Shown: one piece after another, positions 36,911 through 47,067 of the stretch | How the letters are laid out: every line of letters begins with the position of its first letter | Numbering within the stretch: position 1 is the stretch's first letter | Virus record (IMG/VR): IMGVR_UViG_3300009104_001827 | Span: 62,001-126,000 of that record | Strand: one strand, 5' to 3' | Length of the DNA: 64,000 bases | Made by a program: the position numbers and the translations under genes | The notes under the pieces: model-generated | What the model was told of the DNA's origin: nothing | Seen by the model: the letters and a program-made list of their open reading frames with translations, nothing else | The model's database searches: none

Positions 36911-39900
36911 TGAGCGACAGGTATAAAGGTTTTTGGTCTCCGAACTCCAGTTATGGCGCTGGTGATATAGTAACATATTATCCCTCAAGCGGCTATAGTG
37001 GTGATCCCGCTTTTTATAAGCTGAAATCTGGCTTATCCACCGGACCCGTAAGAAATAACCTAGGGTATAACGCATGTCCGTTGAAAAACTTTAAGTGGCC
37101 CGTGCTGTCATCCGTCGGAAGAGATTTAAAACTTAGTGAAGATCAAAATTTTGACCCCACAAAAGGCGACCAACTAGATCAAACGATATCCGAAATACTC
37201 TCCGAGACATCTGACTGGACGCAATATAAATACTACAAGATAAATGTCTGGGACGGCCCCAACGGGAAGTCTGGTAGTCTGGAGATAAATAGCGTATACT
37301 GGGAAATTCATACCCCAACCGCCGGGAATCCTAATGCCGCCGACACCTCAACACAAACATTCTCCGCCACAGGAATGACGACCGTAAGCGTGGGAACGCA
37401 TAATGCTCCGGAGGATGTTGATGTTACTTTTGATGAGGTCAAGGACTCGGAGGAAGGCGGCGAGCTCGAGTCTGATAATTACTATATATCAAACGTTCAA
37501 AACTACAAGGGGTACTGGAGTGCAGGCCAGAGCTATAAAAAATTTGATATTGTCCGCCATCGAGACAGCAATAAGTTTTACTATGCAAGGAAAGATATTA
37601 CCTCTCCTAGCGCATCATCTGACGTTACTGGTTTAACGTTCCATATCCGACCTCCCGTTCCGAGTCTTACTGAAAACCATGTCGGGAATCTTGAGTTTGT
37701 ATCTCACTCTGGCGCGAAGACCGGGTTTAGGGACGCGGGATTCGAGTCAGGGCAGTCTATTCAAATTGCAGGCGATCCGAATACATATTCAATATCAATG
37801 CTGACGGAAAAAATAATGGTGCTTGCAATGTATCAGTTCCCTGCCGAAAGGGCATTGAAACAGCTGGTTGAGGGTGATCTATTGGACTCCGCCGACGATC
37901 AAGAGCTAACTATCTCCATTAAGACTTCTGATCTAGACGATGAGAATTGGTCGAGTAATTCATTTTTCTTCGACGCAGACTATGGCTCGTCTATTTCCTT
38001 TAAGGGTTATAATGCGCAATACGAATATGGCGACGGGTATAAGGTTGTTAAACCAAGGGGAATAAATAGCCTGAGCGTAGATTTCAATTTAAAATTCACA
38101 AATAGAACTAGCAGAGAAGCTAATGCAATTCTTCACTTTATAGAAAACAACCTTGGGCAGCACGAAGTTCAGCAAGAAAAATATACTCTTGAATACGATC
38201 AGGGTATAGATGGATTTAATATGGACGGCGACTCGCTATTCTTTCCCTATAATAATACCGAAAATCTAACTAGAAAATTTTATTGTTTTGATTTTAATCA
38301 TACTATTGAGGGTGAGGACGTTCATACTGTAGATGCTAGGATATTTAATAATAATACTTCCATCCTTCATCGCAATGATTACCTGTATGTAAATAAACCC
38401 GAAGTCTACGACGCCGAGCAAACATACTATAAGCACGACATCGTATACGCCCCCGGTTCTGACGCCTACTATTATTATCAGGGAGAAGAAAATGCAAGGG
38501 GCGATCCTCCGACCGGGTTATATGGGGTGTCAATTAATAAGGATAAGTGGACCAGGGAGTTTTACTGGAAGCCGTCCAGTAGTTTTAATGTTAATCACAG
38601 CCCTAGTATTGCAGAATTGTCCTCCAAGGCTTCCGCATATAAGCAGTACTTTCCGAAAAACAAAAACAATGTTAATCTGCTGTCGTTTTCCGTAACCTTT
38701 GCAAATAGGAGTGAAAAGGAGGCGTATGCTATCCTTCATTTTCTAGAATCCCATTTGGCTTACAAGTCTTTTTTGTTTATTCCTCCTGCCCCCTACAATC
38801 GCAAGCGTAGGTTTATATGTCAGCAATGGGATCACACCTATACCTTTCGAGACAGTCATACCATCACCGCAAAATTTGAGCAATATTCGCTGGGTCAAAA
38901 TACCCCGCTGGACGACGATGAAATGGATAACCTTACTCCTACGGTAGAGAACCGATCCGCGCGACTGGCCTTGGTTAATCCTGTCGAATTGCGCTCTTCG
39001 TCTCTGGGGGTATTCGTTCTTAAAAATCAAATCGAAATAAAGAACACCGGGGAAACCGAGGCAAGCGATATTGTGGCGTCCGTTTCTGGCGACTTTACTA
39101 TGTCAAGTTTAGCGTTTAATAGGGATGATGGGGCCTACCTTTCTGCAGTTGACGGGATCTCGCGAAAGACCAATACCGCTAATTACGACAATAGTGAAGG
39201 CGGAGCCTTTCTGTATGAAGAGAGTGGTAGTGCAAAGTCCCAAGACAACTTAGGTCGGATCGGAACGCTAGACTTTGTTGCGGGAAAACTAACTAACCGA
39301 GCCGCAGCCGGTGTGGCACACATTAGTGAGGATTTTTTGAACCCCAATAAAGACCCTACGCTTAAGCCTGGCGAGTCTGCGTTTGCGGAAATATATTATA
39401 CTACTGGCGCCGCTGAAAAGGGGGAGGTATTAGGAAATCTAACTGTCACGTATAAATCTTTGGACACAGATAAAACATCCAAATACGAAATCACTGCAAC
39501 CGTCGCCCAAGACCACATAGTTCCCGAAACAATTGACGTTGCTATTGAGGGGACTCCAGAGGCAGACATATATAAGAAAAGCTACAGCATAGACCGCTAC
39601 TCTGAGTTTGATTTTATTTCAGAGGAAAACGTGCTCCAAACCATCCAGCATAGCGCGATCCTGGAAGACTCCATTATGGCTGAGCCTCAGGATCTAAGCG
39701 AAGTGACAAACATGCTTAGTCAAAACGGGCTGGAAGGGAAGCTCGCCCTGGGCATAGTATACGATAGTGAGTGGAAGTACCTTTCCACTTCAGTCGCAGT
39801 TGGCAGCTCCCTAGGGGGCAACTTGCCCACTGGTACTGGCGGGGACATTTTAGTTCTGGTCGTTGAGTCTGACAAGAAGACATATACTTTTGGGAAGATG

Positions 39901-40728
39901 ACAAACACAGAAAGCGTCGATGGCGCCATCTTCGAAAAAACAGAAATAGATACCCTACATAACGTGAACTTAATGGAGTCCCTGCTGGGAGCCTTGGATG
40001 GACAAGGTCTTTTGGACATCGGGATTGTAAACTTTAATGTTTCTGGAGTTATATTTTCCGAATCTACTAGCCTTCCGGCGATAAATTCTGGGAACGGTTA
40101 TTTGCCTGGTATGGATATAAGGATAAATCTTACTAATACCGCCAGAATTATAGGTAGGGGCGGCAAAGGTGGAACCGGAATGGTTTCAGAGGGGAAAATA
40201 TTTCAAGGGGACGGGTCTTACGATTCTATGTCAGACTTTAGGCCTCCGTCGTCAGGCGAAGATGGGGGCGATGCTATAGAAATTCAAGAACAAAACCCTA
40301 ATGTAAAATTTACAATTAAATGGACCGACGAAGCAAAGGTCTTTGCTGGAGGCGGCGGCGGAGGGGGAGGTGGCGCCGACCTTGATGCGGATGCCGAGTG
40401 GCCTGGTAGCTCTAAATATAAAATAAACTTCGCTGGGAGCGGTGGCGGCGGCGCAGGCATGGGCTTGGCCGGATATACCTTGGCTAGCCGTGGAGCGTTG
40501 ACTAGTGGAGGAGACGGCGGGGACGCCGTCAATAATAACTCCCGCTTGACCCTTATGTCTGGTGGCAACGGTGGGGGTTCGGGGGAGGATGGGGACGACA
40601 GCTCCGCCCCAAGGTTTTTCGCGAGTGGAGGAAAGGCTGGTAAGGCCATATTATACTATGGGCATACTGTTGGAACGTCTCTAATTCTCGACGGCAATAC
40701 CCCAGGTAATACAAAAGGACAGATATAG
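36910..40728 (+). CDS. Enlarged distal tail (lambda gpM/Dit-like) protein with two gpM-like domains, CBM-like modules and a Gly-rich C-terminus
   Basis: Duplicated motif YGDGY..PRGINSL..FNLKFTNRTSREANAILHFIE / NNVNLLSFSVTFANRSEKEAYAILHFLE..FLFIPPAPY..FICQQW. It precedes the L gene. Confidence 0.75.
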   Translation: MSDRYKGFWSPNSSYGAGDIVTYYPSSGYSGDPAFYKLKSGLSTGPVRNNLGYNACPLKNFKWPVLSSVGRDLKLSEDQNFDPTKGDQLDQTISEILSETSDWTQYKYYKINVWDGPNGKSGSLEINSVYWEIHTPTAGNPNAADTSTQTFSATGMTTVSVGTHNAPEDVDVTFDEVKDSEEGGELESDNYYISNVQNYKGYWSAGQSYKKFDIVRHRDSNKFYYARKDITSPSASSDVTGLTFHIRPPVPSLTENHVGNLEFVSHSGAKTGFRDAGFESGQSIQIAGDPNTYSISMLTEKIMVLAMYQFPAERALKQLVEGDLLDSADDQELTISIKTSDLDDENWSSNSFFFDADYGSSISFKGYNAQYEYGDGYKVVKPRGINSLSVDFNLKFTNRTSREANAILHFIENNLGQHEVQQEKYTLEYDQGIDGFNMDGDSLFFPYNNTENLTRKFYCFDFNHTIEGEDVHTVDARIFNNNTSILHRNDYLYVNKPEVYDAEQTYYKHDIVYAPGSDAYYYYQGEENARGDPPTGLYGVSINKDKWTREFYWKPSSSFNVNHSPSIAELSSKASAYKQYFPKNKNNVNLLSFSVTFANRSEKEAYAILHFLESHLAYKSFLFIPPAPYNRKRRFICQQWDHTYTFRDSHTITAKFEQYSLGQNTPLDDDEMDNLTPTVENRSARLALVNPVELRSSSLGVFVLKNQIEIKNTGETEASDIVASVSGDFTMSSLAFNRDDGAYLSAVDGISRKTNTANYDNSEGGAFLYEESGSAKSQDNLGRIGTLDFVAGKLTNRAAAGVAHISEDFLNPNKDPTLKPGESAFAEIYYTTGAAEKGEVLGNLTVTYKSLDTDKTSKYEITATVAQDHIVPETIDVAIEGTPEADIYKKSYSIDRYSEFDFISEENVLQTIQHSAILEDSIMAEPQDLSEVTNMLSQNGLEGKLALGIVYDSEWKYLSTSVAVGSSLGGNLPTGTGGDILVLVVESDKKTYTFGKMTNTESVDGAIFEKTEIDTLHNVNLMESLLGALDGQGLLDIGIVNFNVSGVIFSESTSLPAINSGNGYLPGMDIRINLTNTARIIGRGGKGGTGMVSEGKIFQGDGSYDSMSDFRPPSSGEDGGDAIEIQEQNPNVKFTIKWTDEAKVFAGGGGGGGGGADLDADAEWPGSSKYKINFAGSGGGGAGMGLAGYTLASRGALTSGGDGGDAVNNNSRLTLMSGGNGGGSGEDGDDSSAPRFFASGGKAGKAILYYGHTVGTSLILDGNTPGNTKGQI

Positions 40729-40729
40729 C

Positions 40730-41773
40730 ATGGATAGCGACAGCTCTAAAGAACGAATAACAGACGAAATTTTTAAATTGGAGTCTGACGCTATTATTGA
40801 AATGTTTGAAATTGATTTCTCTAATTTGCAAAATGATTTTTCCTTTCTAGATAAGCAGTATAAAATTAATCTAGGGTCTGAGCCTGTATATAGGTTTTGT
40901 TCATCTGTAAATTTGACCAACCCAATAATTTGGCAAGGAAAACAATATCAGCCGCTACCCGTTCATACTACAGATTTTGAAATTCCATCTGATGGGAGGC
41001 TGCCGAGGCCTAAATTAATAATCGCCAACCCTTCAGGCTTATTGTCAACTATAGTGTTGATGAATTACGACTTTCACGGGTGCAAGGTCACTCGAAAGAG
41101 GACTTTCGTTAAATTTCTTGACGACGCAAACTTCAGAGATAGAACCGACAAGAGTGGCGCCGTTGTTAAAGAGGGTAATCCTAGCGGGCAAGCCGACCCT
41201 CAAGCATTCCTTCCTGACGAAGCTTTCTATATCAATAAAAAATCCGCCGAAACTCGTGAGAGCCTGGAGTTTGAGCTAACTTCAATTTTGGAAATGGAGG
41301 GAGTTAGGTTTCCTGCCAGGGAAATGTTGGCCGACCACTGCTCGTTTAGGTATAGGGGGTTGGGGTGTAATTACTGCGGGATACCCTGTGAAACAGAAAC
41401 TGGAAAATCTTTCGCTGAATACGGTATATCTGCGTATACTCATCCAGACAATGACGCACCTATACAGCTCGCCAATCAATCTGGGAGAGATATAATTGAA
41501 ACAATCAAATGGAGCGTAGACAGGGGGTATAATAAGGGCAATGTGGTCAACTGGCCCGGGCATAAGGAGCCGTTGGTGCCCTCGCTTTTTGTTTGTGTGC
41601 AAACCCACGAAGAGCCTTCTCCAAACCCATACATATCTAAAGAGTTTTGGATCATGGACAGTTGTCAAAAAACCCTTAACGCCTGCCTTAAGCGGTGGGG
41701 AGCGGAAGTTCGAAGCGGTAGGGGGATACCCTTCGGGGGGTTCCCTGAAACGGACGGGATGAAGCATGCCTAA
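40730..41773 (+). CDS. Minor tail protein L (lambda gpL-like, 4-Cys Fe-S motif)
   Basis: IIWQGKQYQP.P, GRLPRPKLIIAN, KVTRKRTFVKFLDDANF, C-SFRYRGLG-C, DS-C-QKTLNA-C-LKRW, PFGGFP. Confidence 0.9.
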   Translation: MDSDSSKERITDEIFKLESDAIIEMFEIDFSNLQNDFSFLDKQYKINLGSEPVYRFCSSVNLTNPIIWQGKQYQPLPVHTTDFEIPSDGRLPRPKLIIANPSGLLSTIVLMNYDFHGCKVTRKRTFVKFLDDANFRDRTDKSGAVVKEGNPSGQADPQAFLPDEAFYINKKSAETRESLEFELTSILEMEGVRFPAREMLADHCSFRYRGLGCNYCGIPCETETGKSFAEYGISAYTHPDNDAPIQLANQSGRDIIETIKWSVDRGYNKGNVVNWPGHKEPLVPSLFVCVQTHEEPSPNPYISKEFWIMDSCQKTLNACLKRWGAEVRSGRGIPFGGFPETDGMKHA

Positions 41774-42113
41774 ACTTAATGAACGAATTCTCGCCGACGC
41801 AAGGAACTTAGCCAAATCCAATCCGGGTGAGGAGGCTGCCGGAATCCTCTTTGAGTTCGATGAGGTATTTTTTTATCCCATGAGAAATATCGCTCGCGAT
41901 AAGACCACCTCTTTTGAGCTAGACAAAAGGACTATGCTTCTTAAGGATCGTATCTACGCTATATTCCATTCTCACCCCGAGGGTGACGCCTATCCATCCG
42001 ACTGGGACAAAGGGGCGTCGGAGGCGCTAGGGGTTCCGTTTTTGATCTACAGTTTGCTCTACGACAATTTTTTATTTTTTGACAAGGGAAAGTGTAATCC
42101 CGTACAGGAATAA
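41766..42113 (+). CDS. Tail assembly protein K-like JAB/MPN metalloprotease (no NlpC/P60 domain)
   Basis: EEAAGIL...IFHSHPEGDAYPSDWD matches JAMM E..HxH..S..D. Lies between L and I/J. Confidence 0.85.
   Translation: MPKLNERILADARNLAKSNPGEEAAGILFEFDEVFFYPMRNIARDKTTSFELDKRTMLLKDRIYAIFHSHPEGDAYPSDWDKGASEALGVPFLIYSLLYDNFLFFDKGKCNPVQE
42092..42096 (+). promoter_or_regulatory. GTGTA putative internal late promoter for the I-J gene
   Basis: AAGTGTAAT 19 nt upstream of ATG 42116, followed by GGAATAAGG. It lies inside the K gene. Confidence 0.4.
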
Positions 42114-42115
42114 GG

Positions 42116-45100
42116 ATGAAAACGGTCTATTTACATGGGGAGTTTGGTGAACGTTTCGGTGAGGAATGGGAATTGAATGTAGACAGTCCGGCCGAGGCAA
42201 TAAGAGCGCTAGATGTAAATACCGAAAATCAATTTACTCAAAGCGTGTGGGATTTTGAGGATCCTGACGTTAGGTTTGCTATCGTATGCCTGGGGAACCG
42301 AGAGCGAAAGCGTATTGAAGAATTTATTAAGGGCGACTCGTTTGATGAGAGCCTGTTGGACGCTATATTTGTTAAGCAGGAAGAGCTCCTGCTCTCCACT
42401 TCAAGAGATGAGATACATTTTATTCCGATTGTCGAGGGAGAGATCGTAACTGCTGCGAAATTCATAGCAAAAGCGGCGATTAAAATGGGGGGCGCACTAA
42501 AGGGCGCCATGGGCTCTTTTAGCCTGTCAAAGTTCGCCTTTAATATGTTGGTTCCTATGGCTATAACCGGTATAGCTAACGCTCTTTTTCCTTCGCCCAA
42601 GGTTACAGATCGAACGAGGCAAACAAAGTCGTACCTATTCGACGACCGCCCAAATACAACCCGCCAAGGGGCGCCTGTTCCTGTAGGGTATGGAATATTA
42701 AAGATTGGATCTAATACTCTATCGTTTGGAAGGACAAACAAGGATAAAGCTGGCGCCCCAAGCGGAGGTCTCATAGAAACCTATACCATGTATACCGTTA
42801 ACGATATTCTGTCCGAAGGACCAATAGGGGGACTGTGCGATAATTTTGGAAACCTCGCCGGCCTAAATGCGGACGGAAGAATTCATGGTTATAGCAACTT
42901 CGATCAAAATATAGCTCTTAAGTCGATCTTTCTTAATGACATGGTGGTTATGAACCACCCAACGAATACATTAAATTTTTTAATTAACGAAGATAATTGG
43001 CAGCCTAAATGCAATTTGGGCTTCATGGACTCCAAGGATGAGCGGCAGGCAAAATTAATAGCCGTATCAGAGGTAGAAATACAAGGATCCACCACGCTTC
43101 CAGGGCCCGAGGTGGACCCGGGGCACGTGGCTAAAAGCGGGTCTATAAAACTCGGAGGTATGCCGGCCAAAATTCAAGATGCCCAACAGCGCGGCGCTAA
43201 AGTTTTTGCTTCCCCCATAACCAAGAATAGAGTTGGAGAAATGAAAATAACCCTGTCTCCCAAGCAGATGTTTCATAACTGGACCGACCAAAGGACTCGG
43301 AGGGGCTTCTTTGGGCTTGGCGCCAGAAGTTCCGTTACCACTGGAACTGCCGCTCAATCGGTAAATATAATTGCCAGAATAAAGGACGGCCCCAAGAGCA
43401 TTCCTTTAATCGAGCCCCCTCAAGGCTTTGGCGGGGGTAAGGGAGGCACGGTCTGGGCCGCAGACGACTCAGTTAACCAGAGGGTTGTTCATGGAGCCCT
43501 ACGTTCCAGCGACAGAAGGGCTGATCCGATGCCATGGACAGATAATAAGGCTGCTATCGCGCTGGGTTTTTCTGAGGCGTTATTCTCTGGCGGGGGTAAT
43601 GGTGATATTTTTTCTAAGGTTCGTGGTATTATAGATTTTTGCAAAAAGTTTCATAGCGCATGGACGGATACCACTATAACTGTAACCGTCTCAGACGCGG
43701 GAGGATCTAACAAAAGCTTCCAGCAATACCTCAATGATTATTCTGATGGATGTCGGGCGTATGACGCCTCAAACCAGCCTACATATACCAAAGAACCCCC
43801 TAATGCTTTAGCCTCTACCTTAATGTCTCTTGCGGCCCAAATACAATCCGGGGTGACTCCTGCTGATTTATCTTATAGAAATTATGATGAAATCATGGGT
43901 TTGATTAAAAAGTCAATAATTACCGATAAGGGATTGGTGCTGGGCGCTGATGGGTTTATATATAATTTGAAGGGACGAGATCATTCTCAGCTGGTAGTTA
44001 AAGGTATTGCTACTAGCCCTGCAGGGTTGGACGTTCATGTGGGACTGCCTTACTTCGGAAAAACAGAGAACTTGGTCTTGAATTTATGCCGTCTGACCCA
44101 AGAAATTACCGACCCAAAAGATATGAAGGAAAAGGCCAGAACCCTCCACCTTTCTGCAATAACAAAAATAGATACCCTTATGGGTCGGCGTATAACTTAC
44201 GAACATCCTGGTATAGCGATGGTACAGGTTCCGTTCGATGCTGTAAATTTTCCCCAGCTCCCTGAGAGAAACTATGTGGCCAAACTTAAACGGGTCGCTG
44301 TGCCGTCAAACTATAACACGAAAACCCGAAAATACTTTGGTGCATGGAACGGTCTATTTAAGGGCCAAAAGGAAACAGAAGACTACCACTATGGAGCGAT
44401 TTCGGAAAAACACCTAGAATGGACAGATAATCCAGCATGGATACTACTAGATATACTGCTTAATCAAAGATATGGTGTGGGCACTTTCGGTTTTACTATA
44501 AAAGAGGTTGACGTTTGGAGGCTTTACGCTGCAGCGAAATTCTGTGACGAGCTTGTCGAAACGGGATTTCCCTTGGAACACACAAAGCGGTCATTTACTA
44601 GTACCCATGCTAAGGAATCTAGGGATTATTTTCTTGCTGGCTCTCCTATCTTAAATTCTTTTGATGTAGATCTTGATCCTGGGCTAGATGCCGCCACAAT
44701 TAAAGCTGAGTTTAATGGTGGGAGCTCTGACAAAAAGCACTCCAGGGGTAAAAGCGTCGCATTCTTTATGTCAGATAACACCATTGAGGAAAGGGAGATA
44801 ATATCTGTGGACCCCGAGGGGAAGACGCTTAAGCTTATGGGTCCGTCATTCGCTCACCACCCCTCCGCGACAGGTGGTGACTCCGCTAAATTCGCAACGG
44901 GGACATGCGTAATGTCTGTAAGTTACCCAATTGTCGAGCCCAGGTTCTCTGCAAATATACTATTTAAGGAAAAAGAAGAAGCTCTTAGGATTATTAAGGA
45001 AATATGCACAATTTTCCGAACGGTTGTTGTTTACTCTGCGGGAAAAATATCGTTCGCATCCGAAAGAAAAAAGGATCCCAGCATGATGTTCACTGACGCA

Positions 45101-47065
45101 AACGTTGGGGAAGAGGGCTTCTCTTATTCAGGAAGTCCAAAAACGTCTCGGGTCACCGCTGCCAAGGTAAGGTATGCAGATAGATATGATAACTTCCGCA
45201 GTAAGGTCGAATACTTTGAGGACTCTGCGGGAATAGATAAATTTGGGTACAATTTGGAAGAGATACTTGCCGTTGGTTGTACTTCGAGGGGGCAGGCTAG
45301 GCGCTTGGCAAAATTTACAGTGCTGGCTCCAGGGCTGGAGAATGAATACGTCACTTTCGAAACTGGAATGGAGGCCGCGCTCTTGGTCCCCGGCTCTATA
45401 TTGGAAATTTCTGACTCTAGAAGATTTGGGGAAAATGTTAACGGCAGGGTTAAGTCTGTTCATATAGGTAATGATTTTGATCCGTACATTAAGGTGGATA
45501 AAATTATGAATAACCTTTCCTTTTATAATCCTGATGACCCTACTGATGGGCGCGATAAGGTCGAACTCGCTATCGTGTGTGGCAGGGGTTATGAATTTGT
45601 TGGGGATTTAGGTAAGGGGCCGAAAATATCCGAGGAGCAAGGCGGGGCAACGGGGCTGTATAGGAAAATGTTCGAACTATCCAATACGCAGGTGTCTGGC
45701 GGAGCCGCAGGCGCAGACATGTTTGACGAGCAGGAGCAGTTGTCGTTAATCAGTGGAATCTCAAGGCCGCAAGTAGTTTATTTTGATGGATACGTTGGCG
45801 ATGACAAGAGCTCCATAGAGGGCATTAAAATTAAGTTTCCTTTTCAGGCTGTATTGGGATCAAATTTAATAGCTAGCGATAAGCATGGCCTTGCTAATGG
45901 AACTCAGATTAAATTCACTTCCCTTGGGAAGTTGCCATCCGGTATAGACTCCACAAAAACTTACACAGTGTCTATTGACGATGCAGACCAACAGATTAAT
46001 TCGTTTAAAATAAAAGACGGCGCATATGATGTTGAGTTCGAGGATATAGGATTCGCCAAAAGGGATACGAATAATCCATCTGTTCCTGGCGGAGAACATT
46101 TCTATTACATTGCTAACGAAAATGACATTCAAACTAAAATCGCACTTGGGAAGGTCGGCCCGGGGGCGGTTTGGTCTATACGGGGCTATCGAAGGGATGT
46201 AGTTAAGTCGCTCCCGGAATACAACGATGATGAGCTTAATGAGGTTCACCAGGTATTGGGAGGGGTAGAAATTCCAAGGTCTTCATACAGGATTTCTCCG
46301 GCCTTGGGTCGATACAGGATTTTATACATAGGTAATCATGATGATGATGGAAAAGAAAAAATGGTTCAGATTCTTCAGCAGTCTGCTAAGGGAAAGGGCC
46401 TTGGGGACACAACATTCGTTTATAATGTGGGCTCAGAACCTTACCAAGCGGATCGCCATTATCAGCATAATCTGGGCGGATGGATCCAGACCACTAAATT
46501 TGGCTTCGTTAAACAGTTAGACGCTGACGGAGACAAGTTTCAGATTGAAAAAACCGGAACCACCTTGGCTCCTAATTCGGCTGTAAATATTCGTCGAGTA
46601 AGTAAGGAGGATGATATATTTTCTATTGCCAAAACGCCAAATGGAGAGGCTAATTTAGCTGGCACGTTAAGTATTTTATTCTCAAATTTTAAGATCACAA
46701 CGATAGATGGCACAAAATATATAAGGGTTTCTGGCGGCAATGTTTCCGAAAGCGAAGTTGTTGGCGCTAGCGAGCCAGGGACCGACGCCGTAAGCGCAAT
46801 CCACTACAATGAGTCCCTAACCCTTGATATCAATAGCTTCAAAAATGTGGGCAGAGTTCAGTATAGGGTTCAATCTGTTTCTGAGGCAGAGCCCGGAAAG
46901 TACAGGATCAAGGCTTCAGAGTATAATCGCGACAAATTCGATTTGATCGAGCGAGAACTGAATATCGAGAAGCCCGTGTTTCCTATTCCACCTCAAGCAT
47001 CCATGGCAATCCCCACTGCCCCTTCGGATTTTTCTGTAATAGATGTTACTAACTCACTAGGATAG
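42116..47065 (+). CDS. Fused tail assembly protein I (ubiquitin-like) and tip attachment protein J N-terminal part
   Basis: MKTVYLHGEFGERFG..LNVDSPAEAIRAL and NTTRQGAPVPVGYG (gpI-like). DILSEGPIGGL, WTDNPAWILLDILLNQRYGVG, GCTSRGQARR and YRVQSVSE..YRIKASEYN (gpJ-like). Confidence 0.88.
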   Translation: MKTVYLHGEFGERFGEEWELNVDSPAEAIRALDVNTENQFTQSVWDFEDPDVRFAIVCLGNRERKRIEEFIKGDSFDESLLDAIFVKQEELLLSTSRDEIHFIPIVEGEIVTAAKFIAKAAIKMGGALKGAMGSFSLSKFAFNMLVPMAITGIANALFPSPKVTDRTRQTKSYLFDDRPNTTRQGAPVPVGYGILKIGSNTLSFGRTNKDKAGAPSGGLIETYTMYTVNDILSEGPIGGLCDNFGNLAGLNADGRIHGYSNFDQNIALKSIFLNDMVVMNHPTNTLNFLINEDNWQPKCNLGFMDSKDERQAKLIAVSEVEIQGSTTLPGPEVDPGHVAKSGSIKLGGMPAKIQDAQQRGAKVFASPITKNRVGEMKITLSPKQMFHNWTDQRTRRGFFGLGARSSVTTGTAAQSVNIIARIKDGPKSIPLIEPPQGFGGGKGGTVWAADDSVNQRVVHGALRSSDRRADPMPWTDNKAAIALGFSEALFSGGGNGDIFSKVRGIIDFCKKFHSAWTDTTITVTVSDAGGSNKSFQQYLNDYSDGCRAYDASNQPTYTKEPPNALASTLMSLAAQIQSGVTPADLSYRNYDEIMGLIKKSIITDKGLVLGADGFIYNLKGRDHSQLVVKGIATSPAGLDVHVGLPYFGKTENLVLNLCRLTQEITDPKDMKEKARTLHLSAITKIDTLMGRRITYEHPGIAMVQVPFDAVNFPQLPERNYVAKLKRVAVPSNYNTKTRKYFGAWNGLFKGQKETEDYHYGAISEKHLEWTDNPAWILLDILLNQRYGVGTFGFTIKEVDVWRLYAAAKFCDELVETGFPLEHTKRSFTSTHAKESRDYFLAGSPILNSFDVDLDPGLDAATIKAEFNGGSSDKKHSRGKSVAFFMSDNTIEEREIISVDPEGKTLKLMGPSFAHHPSATGGDSAKFATGTCVMSVSYPIVEPRFSANILFKEKEEALRIIKEICTIFRTVVVYSAGKISFASERKKDPSMMFTDANVGEEGFSYSGSPKTSRVTAAKVRYADRYDNFRSKVEYFEDSAGIDKFGYNLEEILAVGCTSRGQARRLAKFTVLAPGLENEYVTFETGMEAALLVPGSILEISDSRRFGENVNGRVKSVHIGNDFDPYIKVDKIMNNLSFYNPDDPTDGRDKVELAIVCGRGYEFVGDLGKGPKISEEQGGATGLYRKMFELSNTQVSGGAAGADMFDEQEQLSLISGISRPQVVYFDGYVGDDKSSIEGIKIKFPFQAVLGSNLIASDKHGLANGTQIKFTSLGKLPSGIDSTKTYTVSIDDADQQINSFKIKDGAYDVEFEDIGFAKRDTNNPSVPGGEHFYYIANENDIQTKIALGKVGPGAVWSIRGYRRDVVKSLPEYNDDELNEVHQVLGGVEIPRSSYRISPALGRYRILYIGNHDDDGKEKMVQILQQSAKGKGLGDTTFVYNVGSEPYQADRHYQHNLGGWIQTTKFGFVKQLDADGDKFQIEKTGTTLAPNSAVNIRRVSKEDDIFSIAKTPNGEANLAGTLSILFSNFKITTIDGTKYIRVSGGNVSESEVVGASEPGTDAVSAIHYNESLTLDINSFKNVGRVQYRVQSVSEAEPGKYRIKASEYNRDKFDLIERELNIEKPVFPIPPQASMAIPTAPSDFSVIDVTNSLG

Positions 47066-47067
47066 TC

